The translations under genes were made by a program, and so were the position numbers. The notes beneath the pieces are model-generated. The model saw nothing but the letters and a program-made list of their open reading frames with translations, ran no database searches and was not told the origin of the DNA. Positions 26,070 through 39,602 of a DNA stretch of 64,000 nucleotides are shown one piece after another. The first letter of the stretch is position 1, and every line of letters starts with the position of its first letter. The stretch is from Geosiphon pyriformis uo1 (lineage: Eukaryota; Fungi; Glomeromycota): assembly GCA_016748015.1 (NCBI GenBank), contig JAAOMT010000134.1, positions 564,757-628,756 of the forward strand. Direction: 5' to 3'.

Positions 26070-29000
26070 TCAAAAACATGAAGGACATGATCACCGATGT
26101 TACAGGTGACAATTTCTGGTGTTGAATTAAATACAAACCTGTAACTTGGTGCTCAAAGCTATTCTTGTTGTCAATAATCTGAAGGTTTTGGTTGAGTTCT
26201 TTGTATAATGGACAGAGATTTAATGATAATAGTTTTATCCATAGCTTTCTAAAACTGCAGTTTTGTCAATTTTTTTCTCAGCTTGATGGCTGGTATTCCT
26301 CTTAGTAAACTATCCTCAATCGAGTGTTCTACTCTTATTTCTGGGTCTTTTACCAGTCATGTTTATTTTGACATCAGTGCCCTGTACGTTAATCCTCAAT
26401 AGAGTTAGTAAATAACAATAAAATCAAAGTAAGAAAATAAAAAAAATAAAATAAAATAAAGAAAAAAAAAAAATAAGCCAAGGCAATTTACAAGTTAGTA
26501 TTCCATCAATAGCCATGATCAAGAGCTATTGTTCTAGTGTAGTTAAGTATCAATTACTATCAACATAAAGTATTGATAGTGGAAATGGGTTTGAAATAAC
26601 AAATAGTTATTTATTAGATGCTTGTGATTTGGAGAGTTGCTTAGATTAAATCTAAACTAAGAGATCTGTTTTTTCAGCTTCTAATCCTGCTGCTATATAT
26701 ACATAATTGAGATTCCTCAATTCCTCGATTCTTCATGACAGGAATCCTAGAATTCCTGGAATTCTGTAATTCCTTTGAGAGGAATTCTGAAATTCTGCAA
26801 TTCTTTATTGGGGAATCCTAAAATTTCTGAAATCCTGCAATTTCTGAGAGGAATTCTGGAATTCCATATTTACTATGCCTACTTCTGATTGGCTAATAAT
26901 TATGCTAATATATTTCCTATATTTTTATGAGTAACACTGAGAAAACAAGCTATGCGAACTCAGACAATTTGGTAGTTGACGAAACCATAGATGACTCTAT
27001 GCTGCAGAGAATACACACTTGTACCTACGTGTTGGACCAGCTGCCGAAAGCTTTTTTATTCACTAATCTAAGTGACAACAATAATAATGACATCTTGATG
27101 TTTCCATCACCCAAATTCGATGGTTCCAGGCAGATTCCGATCATCAGATTACATGTTTCAAATAAACGGAATTTTGATTTAGCCAAATCCTTTGCGTTGG
27201 ACATTGATCTTTCTGCAGTATCTGGTAAAACTTTTAATGACAAATTAATGAATGTAAAAAAGATTTTTTATTGTGTGGATGGATTTGGGAGAGCCTCTAC
27301 TCCCTCAAAATTCCCAGGAATAATCAGATCTTCTTTTATATCTGAGTTGAGTCTGAACAAGACTAAGGAATTGGCAATCTGTGAAAAATTAATGATTAAT
27401 GAAAATCTTAGGAAGGTAAACATTCAGTCAGATTGGGAAATAATTGTCAAGAAAATTTCTGTGGCTCTTCCAAAGTTGGCTGTGCAATCAGTCTTTTCTA
27501 AATTTGGTAAGATTGTATCAATCAAAATACAACTGATTGGTCTGTGGCAAAAAGCTTTTATTGAGTATAAATTATCTGAGATAGCTGATTTGGTTGCAGT
27601 TAAATAGTCTGTGCTTGTGAGGAAAGATTCTGTTTGTGTGGCAAAAGCAATTGGTGATAAGCAAATATGAGTATCCAAAAATCAGCATCAGGCATTGTTT
27701 TACACTTTCCCAATTAGCACTACTGCTCATGATCTTTCTGGTCTGTTGGATTCATATGGTGAGAAAATCTGTGTTATTGGCTGTAATCTGGTTACATATG
27801 TTCATAATAGGTGTGCTGTCATTTGTTTTGTTGATGAAGCATCTAAATTGGCTGCTATTGATTCGGCTCCGATCTTCAAGGGTGTGGGTTTGTGTTGGGC
27901 TGGTCTTTCTCTGACCTGTTGTACAGCATGTAAACAGTTCAGTCATGTTTCTGGTGTCTGTTCTGTAAGTAAGAATTCTGGTAGTCATGGCAAGCATGTG
28001 GTTATCTCTCAGGATCAGGTTCATCTGGCTAATATATATAGAAAAAAACAAACTCCCATTACCCGTCCAGTTTCCTTTAGTGGTAAAACATGGGCCTAGA
28101 TTGCTGGCGACTCTCCCTTTCATGTGGTTTCTTTAGCCGTGTCTGGTGTTGGTTTGATTTCAGTTGTAAAACCTCTTTTAATGGCCTCTGGATCTCTTGA
28201 CATATCTGATTTGGGTAATTGTTTGGCATCTTTGGAATGCTCTTTAGAGCTCTTAGCCAATTAGGTTTCTGGTATTATGAAAAAACTGAGCTTTGTTGAA
28301 TTGGTGCCATTGGCACCTCCTTCTTGTGTTTCTTCTCCAGCTGTTTCTGTGTCTGTGGGTTTGGTTGAGGATTCAGATATAGTTCTGGATAGTGGATCAA
28401 CTTTGTCTGTCCTTCCTTTTTCTGGTGCTAATGGATCTATAGTTGTTCTTAGTTCTAGCAGTTCAAAGGTTCTTACCTCTAAAGTAGGCAGTTTGGAATC
28501 TAAGATGTCTGCTCTGGAGGCTTCTATTGGTTCAGTTCTGATGAGATTGGATATCTTGTGTTCTAATTCAGGTTCTTCCATTCATTCTCCGTTCCAATGA
28601 GTGATTTGGTTTGGAAATTTACAACGTGCAATGTTCAGGATATTAATGTTCCTGTTAAGCAAGCAGACATTGTTCATTGGCATGTAAGTTCTGGAAAACA
28701 AAGTTGAGGTCCTCTGCTGGGCCATGGATCAAGGATAAGTTTGATGGGGTTTGAATTTTTACTTCTGGTTTGGATGTTGGTTATCTTGGTGCCAGTGTTG
28801 CTGTGATTATGAACAATTCTTTGGCTTGCCATGTTTCTAAGGTTGATGAGATTCCTGGTCAGGTTGTTTCTGTGTGACTGTTGTTTAAAGGCAAGCTCTC
28901 AGTGACTGTACTCAGTTTGTATGCCGGTGCTTCTTCTAGTATTTGTTTTGGCCAGGCATCTGAGATTAATTCTATTATTGCCAAGGCTGTTAATACCAGC

Positions 29001-32000
29001 ACTTTTGTCATATTGGGTGGGGATTTCAATGAAAGCAGGTCTGGAAGAAGTGTGAGTTTCAGGTTTTGCTTGGGTCTGAGTCTGGTCAATTTTTTTACTG
29101 GCCATTATTTGGCTGGGGCGCCTACATAACACAATTTGAGAGGAGTTGAAAAGACTATTGATTACATTTTAGTTAGTGAAAATCTGTCCTCTGCTGTTGC
29201 TAAACATTGTGTTGGGCCTGTTTCTGAATTTTTTGATACAGATCACAGTGCTGTTATGATGTTGGTTGGCTTGGGTGGATTCTTGGATGTTCAGTTGAAT
29301 AGTTTGTACAAGCAGGCTAACAAAGATCATTGGAAGTTCAGGATTAAGGATGCAGATATTACCAAGTAAACTAAGTTTAAGGATTGTGTTTCGGTTAGGC
29401 TTTAGTTGATCGGAGACCTCTTCTCTGATGCCAAAGCTGGTGGTGATTTGGATACTATGTGGACAATTTTGGAAAGAAAAATGGTTGATTCAACTGATAA
29501 GGTTTTCTTAAGACATTGGTTTAGTGAATTTCAGTGCTCTAGAAATAGGCGTTCTTCAAAGTTCTTTGGACTTGAGTTGCTCATTAGCAAGATTGTTAAT
29601 AAGGTTTGTTCTGGTGACATGCTTGGAGTTGATTGTTTTGTAAGAAAATAGTCCACTTTAGACAAGACCAAAGCTTGTATTTTCTTTAATTTGGTCATTT
29701 TGGGTGGGAATAGTGTGGTTTTTCTCAAACACTTTTTATTAGTTCACAAAGAGTATAGGAGATCAAAAATGTTTGAGTTAAGGTTGGCTGAAGAGATGTC
29801 TGTTTGGAATGCTATAGACAAGCACATAGAGAGTTTTGCTTCTAATAAAGGTGGCATAATCAAAAGTGTTTTGGACTGGCCTTTTTACAAGGTGGTCTTT
29901 GACTATTTAGTGATTGATAGTGACTTGGTTTTGGAGCCCAAGAAAGTGAAATCTAAGGTGGATGAGATCATGGTAAGGTGAACGAGAGTGTGCACTATAT
30001 CTTCATTGTTGTCTGATCACTGAGTCTGCCAGTATATGCTATTGGATTATGTAAGGGATGAGGCTTTTTTGGGGGTTATAAAAGAGATTAGTATGTAGAA
30101 GTTACTTTTGATGGTGGGTGGTCTGTCTAATGGTAAAGCCGCTGGCCTGTCTGGTATTCCTAATGAACTGTGAAAACATGGTGGTGAAGTGGCTTTGAGT
30201 TGTCTATTGACTTTGTTGAATGCTTACTTGTCTGCTGGCAGAGTGCCTGTTTTTTGGCAAAAGGCCTGGGTGTCAATAATTCCTAAGCCATATGATTGAG
30301 ATGGTGTTTTCACAAACATGCATCCTATTGCTCTGATTGAAACTGCCAGGAAGATTTTTTCTAAGGTTTTGTCTGATCAGATTTCATTTGTGTGTAGTAA
30401 GTTTGGTGTTCTCTGTGGTAACAATTTTTTGGTATTGAAGAGCACATCCATACAGTCTCTGATGTTTGCTGTTGGGATGGTTGTGGAAAATGCTCTCAAG
30501 AAGAATAGGGAACTTTGGCTGGTCCTGCAGAACATGCGAAAGACATATGATTCTGTTGGGTGGCATCATTTGAGGGCTAGCTTACAGAGAATTAAGATGT
30601 GTGACAAGTTCATTGAATTTTTTGGTAATATACACGAGGATAGGTTCAACAAGGTGATGACTGATTTTGGTCTCTCTAATGGATATTGTGTTTGTGATGG
30701 TTTAGATCAAGATGAAGTCTTCTCACCACTTTTGTGGAGGATTTTTTACGATCCGCTTCTATGTAAGATCAAGAGACATGAACAGTTTTTTGGGTACTGG
30801 ATATGTTCCAAGTTTGTTTCGAAGTCAGGTCAGATTATGAGCAGTGGTGAGTTGTCTTCTTATTTTGTGGCTGGTGCTTTCGTTGATGATACAATTTGGG
30901 TTGAAAACTGTCAAGCTGCTACTCAGAATATTTTGGATATTGCAAGTGAGTTTTTTGTTGTCAATGACATTTCTATCAACAATAAAAAAACCATGGTCAT
31001 TTCAATCAATCTGAGTGTTAGAGTTACTTCTTTGAGTCTTAGTGGTCTGCCTATTTTGATAGCCAAGAAAGGTGAAACTCATCATTATCTGGGGATTTTT
31101 TTGTCTACTGAGGGATTTTCAAAGCCGAGCATAGCCAAAACTCATTTTGATGTTCATTTCTTTGCTAATGTGGTTCTCAGAAAGGCTATTACTAATAAAC
31201 AGTTTTTGTATTTGGTGTTAGCCATCTTGCAGCCTATTGTTAGCTATCGTACTTAGTTCAGTTTTGTTTTATCGAATATTTGCTGCAAATAAGATGTGAT
31301 TTTGAAGAAGGGTCTTAAGTCTAAGGCTGGTTTATCTCATGATTTCCTCAGTGAGGCTCTGTATTATCCATCTTTATATGGTCTAAAGCCTTTTGAGCAG
31401 GTGCAGTCCAAAAGAAAGTTGGCTGTCTTGATTTTATTTTCTAATTTTTCCAGAGTGCTTGGCCAATTGTTTGAGCACAGGTGTCTCGATTTGCAGGTTC
31501 TGGGGTGGTCTCCTTTGAACTCTTTGCAGTTTTCTGTTAAGTTACGTGTTAGTTCTGTGAACAATTTTCTGGTTGGTGTGGTTAAGATTCTTTTGTGCAA
31601 TGAGTTGTTTTTGTCAAATGACTTGCCCAACACATTTCACAGTCCTGGTAGTTTTCCTGTGTCTTCTATTTTGGGAAGTTCTCTGTACTTCAATTCTGTT
31701 TGTTTATTGATGCATTTTGGTGTGGCTTTTGGTGATAAGCTGTTTGATAGAAAAGGACATGTTATGAGTTGGGTGACTTTTAGATGCTGGAAAAGATTGG
31801 ATCCAAGAGGTCTTGTTCCTTACTGGTTTAGGGTTGTGTCTGATTTTTTTTGTGGTGCTGGCATCTCATTGGCCAGTGCTATGGGGTCTACTTATGTTTA
31901 TGGTTTGAACATTCTGAATTCTGAGAATTTTTCTGTGATTCTTGGTGGGTTGCATGAGATCTGGTCTGACTTGTTTAAGGTCTTTATGGATGGCTCGTTA

Positions 32001-33400
32001 AAAAATTTTGGTCATGCTGATGTTGCCGGTGGTGCGGCTGCTTATTTTCCTGCTATTAATTTGAGTATTGGTGTTAGGGTTTATGGTCTGCTGTCTTCTA
32101 CTATGGTTGAACTGCAAGCCATTGCTTTGTCTTTGGAGTGTGTTCCATCTTCTTGTACAGTGGTTGTGCATACTAACAGCCAGGCAGCTATTGATGCATG
32201 CGTTTCTGAGATGTGATTGTCTGCACCTGATTTTTGCTCCTCTTATTGGTTGGAAAGATGCCAGATTTTTAATTTGATTCATGAGAAGGATCTTTTTGTA
32301 TGGTGAGTTAAGATTAAGAGACATTCTGGGATTCTTGGCAATGTTAAGACTGATGCTGCTGCTGGTAATACTGCTTTTTCTCATCTGTCTTTGCCTGTCA
32401 GTGTCCAGAAGTGATTTTTGGTAGCTGAAGGCACATCAATATCTGGCAACACTTATCATTTTGTTTGGAATTTGTATAGATCTGTTTGTCATGCATAATA
32501 GGAAGTGAGACTTGACTGTAATGTGATTTCTAAGGTGCTGATTAAGGCTGTAGATTGGGGTGCTACTGCTAGGGTTTGGCATTCTGATTCACATATGCTT
32601 GCTGGTTTTATTAGTTGGAGGTCTTCCTGTTTTTGCACATACCTGATGAAGACTGTGTATTGATGGCTTCCTGTAGTGGTTAGAAAATAGTTATATGATA
32701 GGTTTTATCCTGGTGTGCTATACTTACTGTGTCATGAGATGAAGTTGCCAGATCATGTTTTCACATGTTCTTATGATATGGAGATTTGTGGGGAAGTTTT
32801 GGCTGCGGCGTCCATGGATTGGCTTTTCATGGTCAGTTCTTGTGGCTCATTGTCTTCTGCTGTTTTGTAATCTCTTGGTCGGTGTTTTGTGGATGTTGAA
32901 TTGTATTCAGTCTTGTGTAAGAAGTTTGTGTTGAGAGAATAGTATGCTGAAGCTATGTGGATTTTTGATAGTAGAAAGGAGGCTGTCAGTGCTGTGGTTG
33001 GCTTTGTTGAGTATCTAGTTGAGCTGCATTGCTCTAAGGCCTGGTTGGTGAGATCGGTGTTTAGGGTGAGAATAAAGAAAGCTGGTTTGGTTGGGGATAA
33101 CAATTTGTTTTCAGGTTTGTCTCACTGCTTGGGTTCTTTGTTGTCCGATAAGGTAATAAGAATGCTCAGTATTACTGGCTCTTTTGCTGTTAGTTTTGGT
33201 TGTCACAGGTCTTGTCTTTTTTTCTCTGGTTTGGATGGTAGTCCGTGTGTTAATATTGGTGTGTAGTGTTGCCTTGTCTGGCCTGAGTGGCTAGTCACAT
33301 GTAGAAAATGTGTGAGCTGCATTTAGTTTGAGCCTCTTAGTTTGGTTCTATGTACTAGATAGTAGTTGGGCTTTATTCATTAAAAACATAATAAAAAAAA
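26070..33400 (+). mobile_element. LINE copy B: ORF1 (RRM-like + CCHC) and ORF2 (APE endonuclease-RT-RNase H-Cys motif), 3' UTR, A-rich tail; decayed, 5' end missing
   Basis: ORF1 VFSKFGKIVSI...KAFIEY and CTACKQFSHVSGVC, ending 28600; ORF2 from 28597: TCNV, GGDFN, IDYILVS, TDH, AFVDDT, FMDGS...ELQAI...HTNSQ; stop 33266; A-tail from ~33382. Confidence 0.93.
26098..26936 (-). mobile_element. LTR4, solo LTR with 4-bp TSD (CCGA/CTGA) in LINE-B ORF1
   Basis: Removing it plus one TSD copy restores ATC ACC GAG AAA ACA AGC (ITEKTS), matching VAEKTS in LINE-A. Confidence 0.9.
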
Positions 33401-35313
33401 TAAAAAAATTATAATAAAAATTATAATACAATTTATATTAAAATCTAACTTACAAAAAAAATTAACATAAAAAAAAGAAAAATTAATACAAATATATAAG
33501 AAATATTGTTGTTATATTATAAAATAACTTAAAAAAACTTATAAAATAGCACAGATTATGTTTGTTTTTAATTAAAATAATTTAATTAATATTAATAAAA
33601 ACAAAAAAAATCAAGTATAATAACAAAATGATATATTGTGCTAGATAACATTTGGGCCTCACTCGTTAAATGTTAATAAAAAAATAAATAAATAACAAAA
33701 TAAATAAATAGATTTGAATTAATTAACAAAATAAATATATTAATAAATATAACAAAAAAAACTATTAACCAAAAAAAATTTATTTTTATTAATAAATTTA
33801 TTTTTATTCTATTATTATTATTTATTAAAAATATTCAAATTTTTTAACAATTTGTTAATTAAAATTTATTATTATTAATATATATATATTAGCCAAAAAT
33901 TAGAAAAACATTTAAATTTTAATATATAATACTATTAAAAACTATGTTAAAATTTTAGTTAATATAATTATTAAATACTTAAATTTAATAATTAAAAAAC
34001 AATTATTATTACATATTTCAAATTTTTTATAATATAGATTTAATATTATAAATTTGAACAAAAATTAAAGAATATTATAAATAATTATATAATATATTAG
34101 TTTATAAATTAATACAATAATTTATTAATTTAATTTAAAAATTTTGTTAATAAAGTTTTTTGTATAATAAATAAAAATTTAAGTAGTAATAATAAACAAT
34201 ACTTACTTTTTATATATAATAATTTGTTTATTTTAATGTTTTTTATCTTTTTAATAAACAATTTTTAATAAATTAATTTTATATTTATTTTTGTGTTTTT
34301 TATTAAGCAATTTTAATGTTATAATTTTAGCACTTTTTTTAATTAATTACTAAACAATAAAACAAAAAAAATAAAAATAAAAATAAAAATAGATAAAATA
34401 ATAAATAAAATTAGTATTCTATTGTTTTAATATTATTAATATCTGTTATTAACAATAATTCAAATATTAAAAATAAGTAATTTTAATAAAATAAATAATA
34501 ATTTATGTAATTAGATAGTAAATAATTTGTTTATAATTTTATTAAAAAAAAATTTGGTTTAAATACTAAATTTTTAACTGTTAAAGTAATTTTTTGGTTT
34601 TAATACTATTGTTATATATATAAATTTTTATAATATTTTTTTTTTAAAATTTTTTTGGTATTTTTTAAAATTTTGGTATTATGTTATTTAATTATTTTTA
34701 ATAATTTTAAAAAATTGTTATTAGATATAACAAAAGTTTAAAAAGATTGTTTTTTAGCCAATTCGGTTTTTTTGATTATTTAAACAATAATAAAATTTAT
34801 TTATAAAAAATATTTTATAAAGTATTATTAAACAGTTTTAATAATTATAAATATTTTATTAATAAAAACATTACTAATTGTTTTAAAATAAAAAAATTAT
34901 AACTTTTTTATTTTTTGTTTTAGTTTTGATCATAAAAATACCAAAAAAATATATTTTATAAATAATATTTTACATATTTGTTAATAAATTAATTAAGTTT
35001 TTTAATACATATATTTTTTATTAATTAAGTTTTTTCTTTATATAAATATTAATATATAATAAATTTATAAAATAATTAAATATATATTTATTACTTAATT
35101 ATAATTGGATTGTAATTATTTATAAATTAATTTTATTAATACAATTATTTAAAAAATTAAAATATTTATTAAAATTTAAAATTAAATTTTATTTAAAAAT
35201 AAGAATAAGAATAATAATAATAATAAAAATAATAAAAATAACAAATTTTAATGTTTAATAAAAAATTTACTTATATATTTATTAATATATTAAAATAAAA
35301 TAATCAAAAATAC

Positions 35314-35386
<73 letters not shown>

Positions 35387-35780
35387 GTTAAATAATTATA
35401 ATACCAAATTTAAATAACAATATTAAAAGTATTTTTATTGTTATATAAAATTAATAATAATTATAATTTTGAATTTATAATAAATGTTGTTTATGCTTTG
35501 TTTGTACATAACTAGTTATTTTAGTTTAATAGTTTTAATATTGCATTTTAATTTATTTATTATTTGAAATTTTTTAATAATAGTAATTTTTTAATTACAA
35601 ACTATTTTATTATTATTTTTATTATTATTAATTACAATTTAAATAAAATATTTGCAATATTTTGTTCTAGTTAAATATTAATCAAAATATATTTTTTAAA
35701 TAATATTATTTTAGTTTCCATTATTAATTTAATTATTACATCTAATTTTATTTATTTAACAAAGATAGATTATTAAGAAA
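33400..35780. other. 2.4-kb extremely AT-rich desert
   Basis: Near absence of G/C, no ORFs. Confidence 0.85.
35314..35385 (+). repeat. (AAT)n microsatellite
   Basis: Perfect run. Confidence 0.95.
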
Positions 35781-35872
35781 AATTTCATATAGCCAATTGA
35801 TTTAGCCTGATCATGTGGTCTTGACTGAAATTTTCGATGATTTGAAAGGACGAGAAAAAAGTCAAGAAAACC

Positions 35873-38294
35873 ATGCGAATACCACAGCGGACCGCTTCGT
35901 CTTTCCGGTCAACAATATTAACAGCAGATAATCCTTGTCAGTATCGTTATTTTCTCCTAAAAAACGTAAAAACACCTTATGTGGATTTGCGAAATCTTCA
36001 AGCACAAAAATCCTATTGTGGAGTCCAAGTACGTGCTTATGCGAGCTTTGTTAGACCAAGTTATTATAACCCTGGTGGCCAGAATAACCTCGGGAAAGCT
36101 GAAGCCCATCATAGCGTCAACCGACGCTCGGATGTTGTGAGACCAAACAAACTCAATACATTTGGGAATCAACGCTTGGCTTACGGCACGGGGATCGCTG
36201 AAAAGTCTGGAAGCCGAAACGAGGGCTCTAAAGAACCAAATAACTTTGAAAAGCCAGATAACCATGAGAACCAAAGAAAAACAAAGGGCAAAAGTTTGGA
36301 ACAACCAAATAGCCTTGAAATTTCCAAATTTGCAGCACCAAATAAATCAGGAAAAGCTTATAACCCTGAAAACCAAAATGGAGGCTTAGAAAGCCTTCGG
36401 CAACCAAATAATGGAAGTAACACAAGTATTTCAGATCAAAGCGACCTTGAAAAACTCAAAAGCCCTCAAAGATTAAAGCGCAATCAAAAAAAAAACAAAT
36501 CCATAAGTAAAATTCACTCTGGACAATCAGATAACCTTGCGAGTCAAGATACCTCTGTATCACAAAACAAATTTGGGGGGCAAAATAACTCTGGAAACGA
36601 TAATAACTCAGGAAGAAGAAACAGAGATGAAACTCCGGTACTCACGAAAAATATAGGGATAGAGCAAAACTTCAAACGTCCAATCAAAAACAAAATTTAT
36701 CGTCCGCCTAAGTTAGGTGTACTCCCAGTATATGATGAGGCTCTAAAATACATCAATCAGGATCAAGAGTTTCAGCTACGTAGATTGGAAAAACTTGATA
36801 AGAGGATAGACGCTTTAAAGTTTGGTACATAAAATTTAATATATATTGTTATTGGTTTCTCAAAGATGAATCCAATTATGGTGCTTAAAATTCATAATTA
36901 AAATTACAATATGACTATATTATTTTTAATTTTTATCGTGACGTACTGATATTTTTTTTATAGCGAGGTCTCCAAAAATTGAATTAATTGAAAGATTCCA
37001 AAAACTAAGGTATGAGTTTGAGACAAGATCATTAATTAATGATCCTGAGGTTCGATGGAAGTTTAAAAATGGGATGGGTGAGTTGTGGTTATACTTTAAT
37101 AGAATGATGGAGAATATAATTGCCGAAATTTACAAATTTAAAATTTCATTTAAAATTTTTTTTCACTTAAAAGCTGATATGTCCATACCTGCTCACTGTC
37201 ATATGAGCCTACAAGAATGGAGGCAAGGACCACAGCAAAAACTGGTATTTTACATAAATTTTAAAATTAGATTTGAATTTATCGTATTTTTCGCGTATTA
37301 ATCTAGTTTCATGAATCGGTGGGTAGATGGAGCGTTTACATTTGATGTTTGTCATACCGGATGTGTTCCCCTCTTTTGATCCTACACTCGAGCTCAAGAT
37401 TTTTTTCGTAGCACCGGTTGTACCTGGTGTGTTCCAGCGTCCTAGGAATGTAAGCTCTTATGTGGTTCTTTTGAATTTGGTTACCGCTCACTTCAATCAG
37501 GAGATCCAATTTTGATAAATTTTCACAATATTTTTCAAATTATGAAAGACCATTAACAAGCCTAGAATAAACCTGAATAATTACCATCAAGACACACGAC
37601 TCTATACTGTAATTATGGTTGATCCAGGTAAGAATCGATTTATCTTCCCTGTTTCTTTTCATAGTTTTTGGCACGAAATGATCATTTAATGAACCTTAAA
37701 TTCTAATTTTAAAGATATGCCAGATGTTAAAAATAAAACCTATCAGTTTCAATGGCATTGGCTACTGTAAGCGTTTTGAGTCTGTAATATTGTATATTTC
37801 TGCTGAGATTTTTTACGATTTTCAAAAAATTCTTGAATAAAACCAGCACCAATGTTCCTGTTAGCGCCACACAACCCTTGGTTCAGGGTGGTGATGAAAT
37901 CCTCAGTTATATTCCGCCACATCCTCCAGAGGGTACAAAATATCATCGATATACCGTGGCCGCCTTAGAACAATATAATAACGAAAAAATATATCCTCAA
38001 AAAGTACCTCGAAATATGAATGTGCGCCAATTTGTTGCCGAAAATCAATTAACTTTGAGAGGCATGTCCTTTTTCAGAGAAGAATGGGATCCGGACGTCG
38101 CTAAAATTTATAGAGATATCTTGGGTAAGTGTTCATAGTTATGCCTCAATTTGATTATTTTTAAGGAACTTCAATGGGGATTTAACTGTTTTTGCATCTC
38201 AGGTAAACGGCAACCGAAATACGGCCTATCGCCATACGAGAATCCCAAGTTGGATGAAACCGGAAAATATCCAATACGATACCTAAATTTATAG
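35873..38294 (+). CDS. MRPL35: Mitochondrial ribosomal protein mL38 (PEBP family), multi-exon, with long N-terminal extension
   Basis: Basic targeting-like N-terminus; PKLGVLPVYDEALKYI, INDPEVRW, MERLHLMFVIPDV, YTVIMVDP-DMPD, YIPPHPPEGTKYHRY, FFREEWD; last exon ends TAG 38292-38294. Confidence 0.88.
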
Positions 38295-39602
38295 TGGGAA
38301 TCCAAGATATTGGGTTAGATTTGTATTTCAGGTTTATTTTGAAGCAATCCAAGTATATGTTCAAACGAGATAACTGAGTATTTCATTAATATTCGCAAAA
38401 CAAACTTTGAATTTCAAGATGTAAAATCGTAAAATAGCTATATCAATTAATCTAACCCTAACAGAAACCCATTTTCAGTTTTAGCTAATATTTTTATTAA
38501 GTTCTCTTCAAAACCCGAAATAAATTTAAATATGACTTGAAAATCTAATCTCTGACTATTCGAAAATGAAAAACTTTTATAAAAAACGATTGGTTTAAAT
38601 AAACCAAATTATAATTTTAATTATTTAATCGTTAAAATTTAATTATTTTAATCTTAAGCCAGAATTTGAATTTAATAATTTATTATCATTTTTATTTTAA
38701 TCAAAATATTAATTAATATTAATTTGTTTTCCAATTCAAAAACGAAATAATTTTTTAATTATTCTATTATAAAAAGGCAAAGTAAAACCAAAAATATATT
38801 TTCGTGCAATGGATTTTTTCATAAAAATGATATTGTTTTTACTGATTTAAAAAAAAACTACACAACAAAATCAATATATATTTTAAAAAATTTATAATAC
38901 CAAAAATATTTCATATATATTAAATTGTAAAAATATTCATGTATCAATTCTTAAAATACAAAAAAAATAGATTATTTTATGATTCCAATTTTAGAAAAAT
39001 ATGCAACTGCTTTTTTAATCAAAGTAATTGGCAAATGGTGTAAGCGTTTACGACCTTAGATGAAAAATTCATAATTGATTACACAATCAAATTATTGCTT
39101 TAAATTTGTTATATACTAAAAACAATTTCAGTTCACGAAAAACCTTCCAACGACAAAGGGGATATTATCTAGCCAATAGGGTTTTGGCTGTGAAAGTTGT
39201 CTATTAATATTATGGCATCATACTTTGGGGAATTTATAAATAGCTCCATTGAATTACCATGTGCAAAGCCTTCTGACCAATTATACACTATCGAGAAATT
39301 GCATGAACATGATTTTTGGAATAATCCGTCGCACAGCGCCCCACTATTGGCGACATAACTTTGTTTGGACTTTACCTTAGCTAAATATCTTTCTTCGAAT
39401 ACTTAAAAATATAAAACATTTTTGAATTGCCTTCTCTCAATAAGCTACACAAAAATCTTGAAGGTTCAACCTTTTCATGCGAAGACAAAATTTATCTAGC
39501 CTACCGCTTAAGTTAGGTGATCAAGTTTTCATACAGCCTTACTACCTTATTTGCTTGTCTATATCACGGCAAAAGCGATAGGGTGGTATAGTTTCAAGTA
39601 AA

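Noticed and set aside
26927-26940. ATG at 26927 as LINE ORF1 start
   Set aside because: ATG comes from the end of the solo LTR; the true ORF1 5' end is missing
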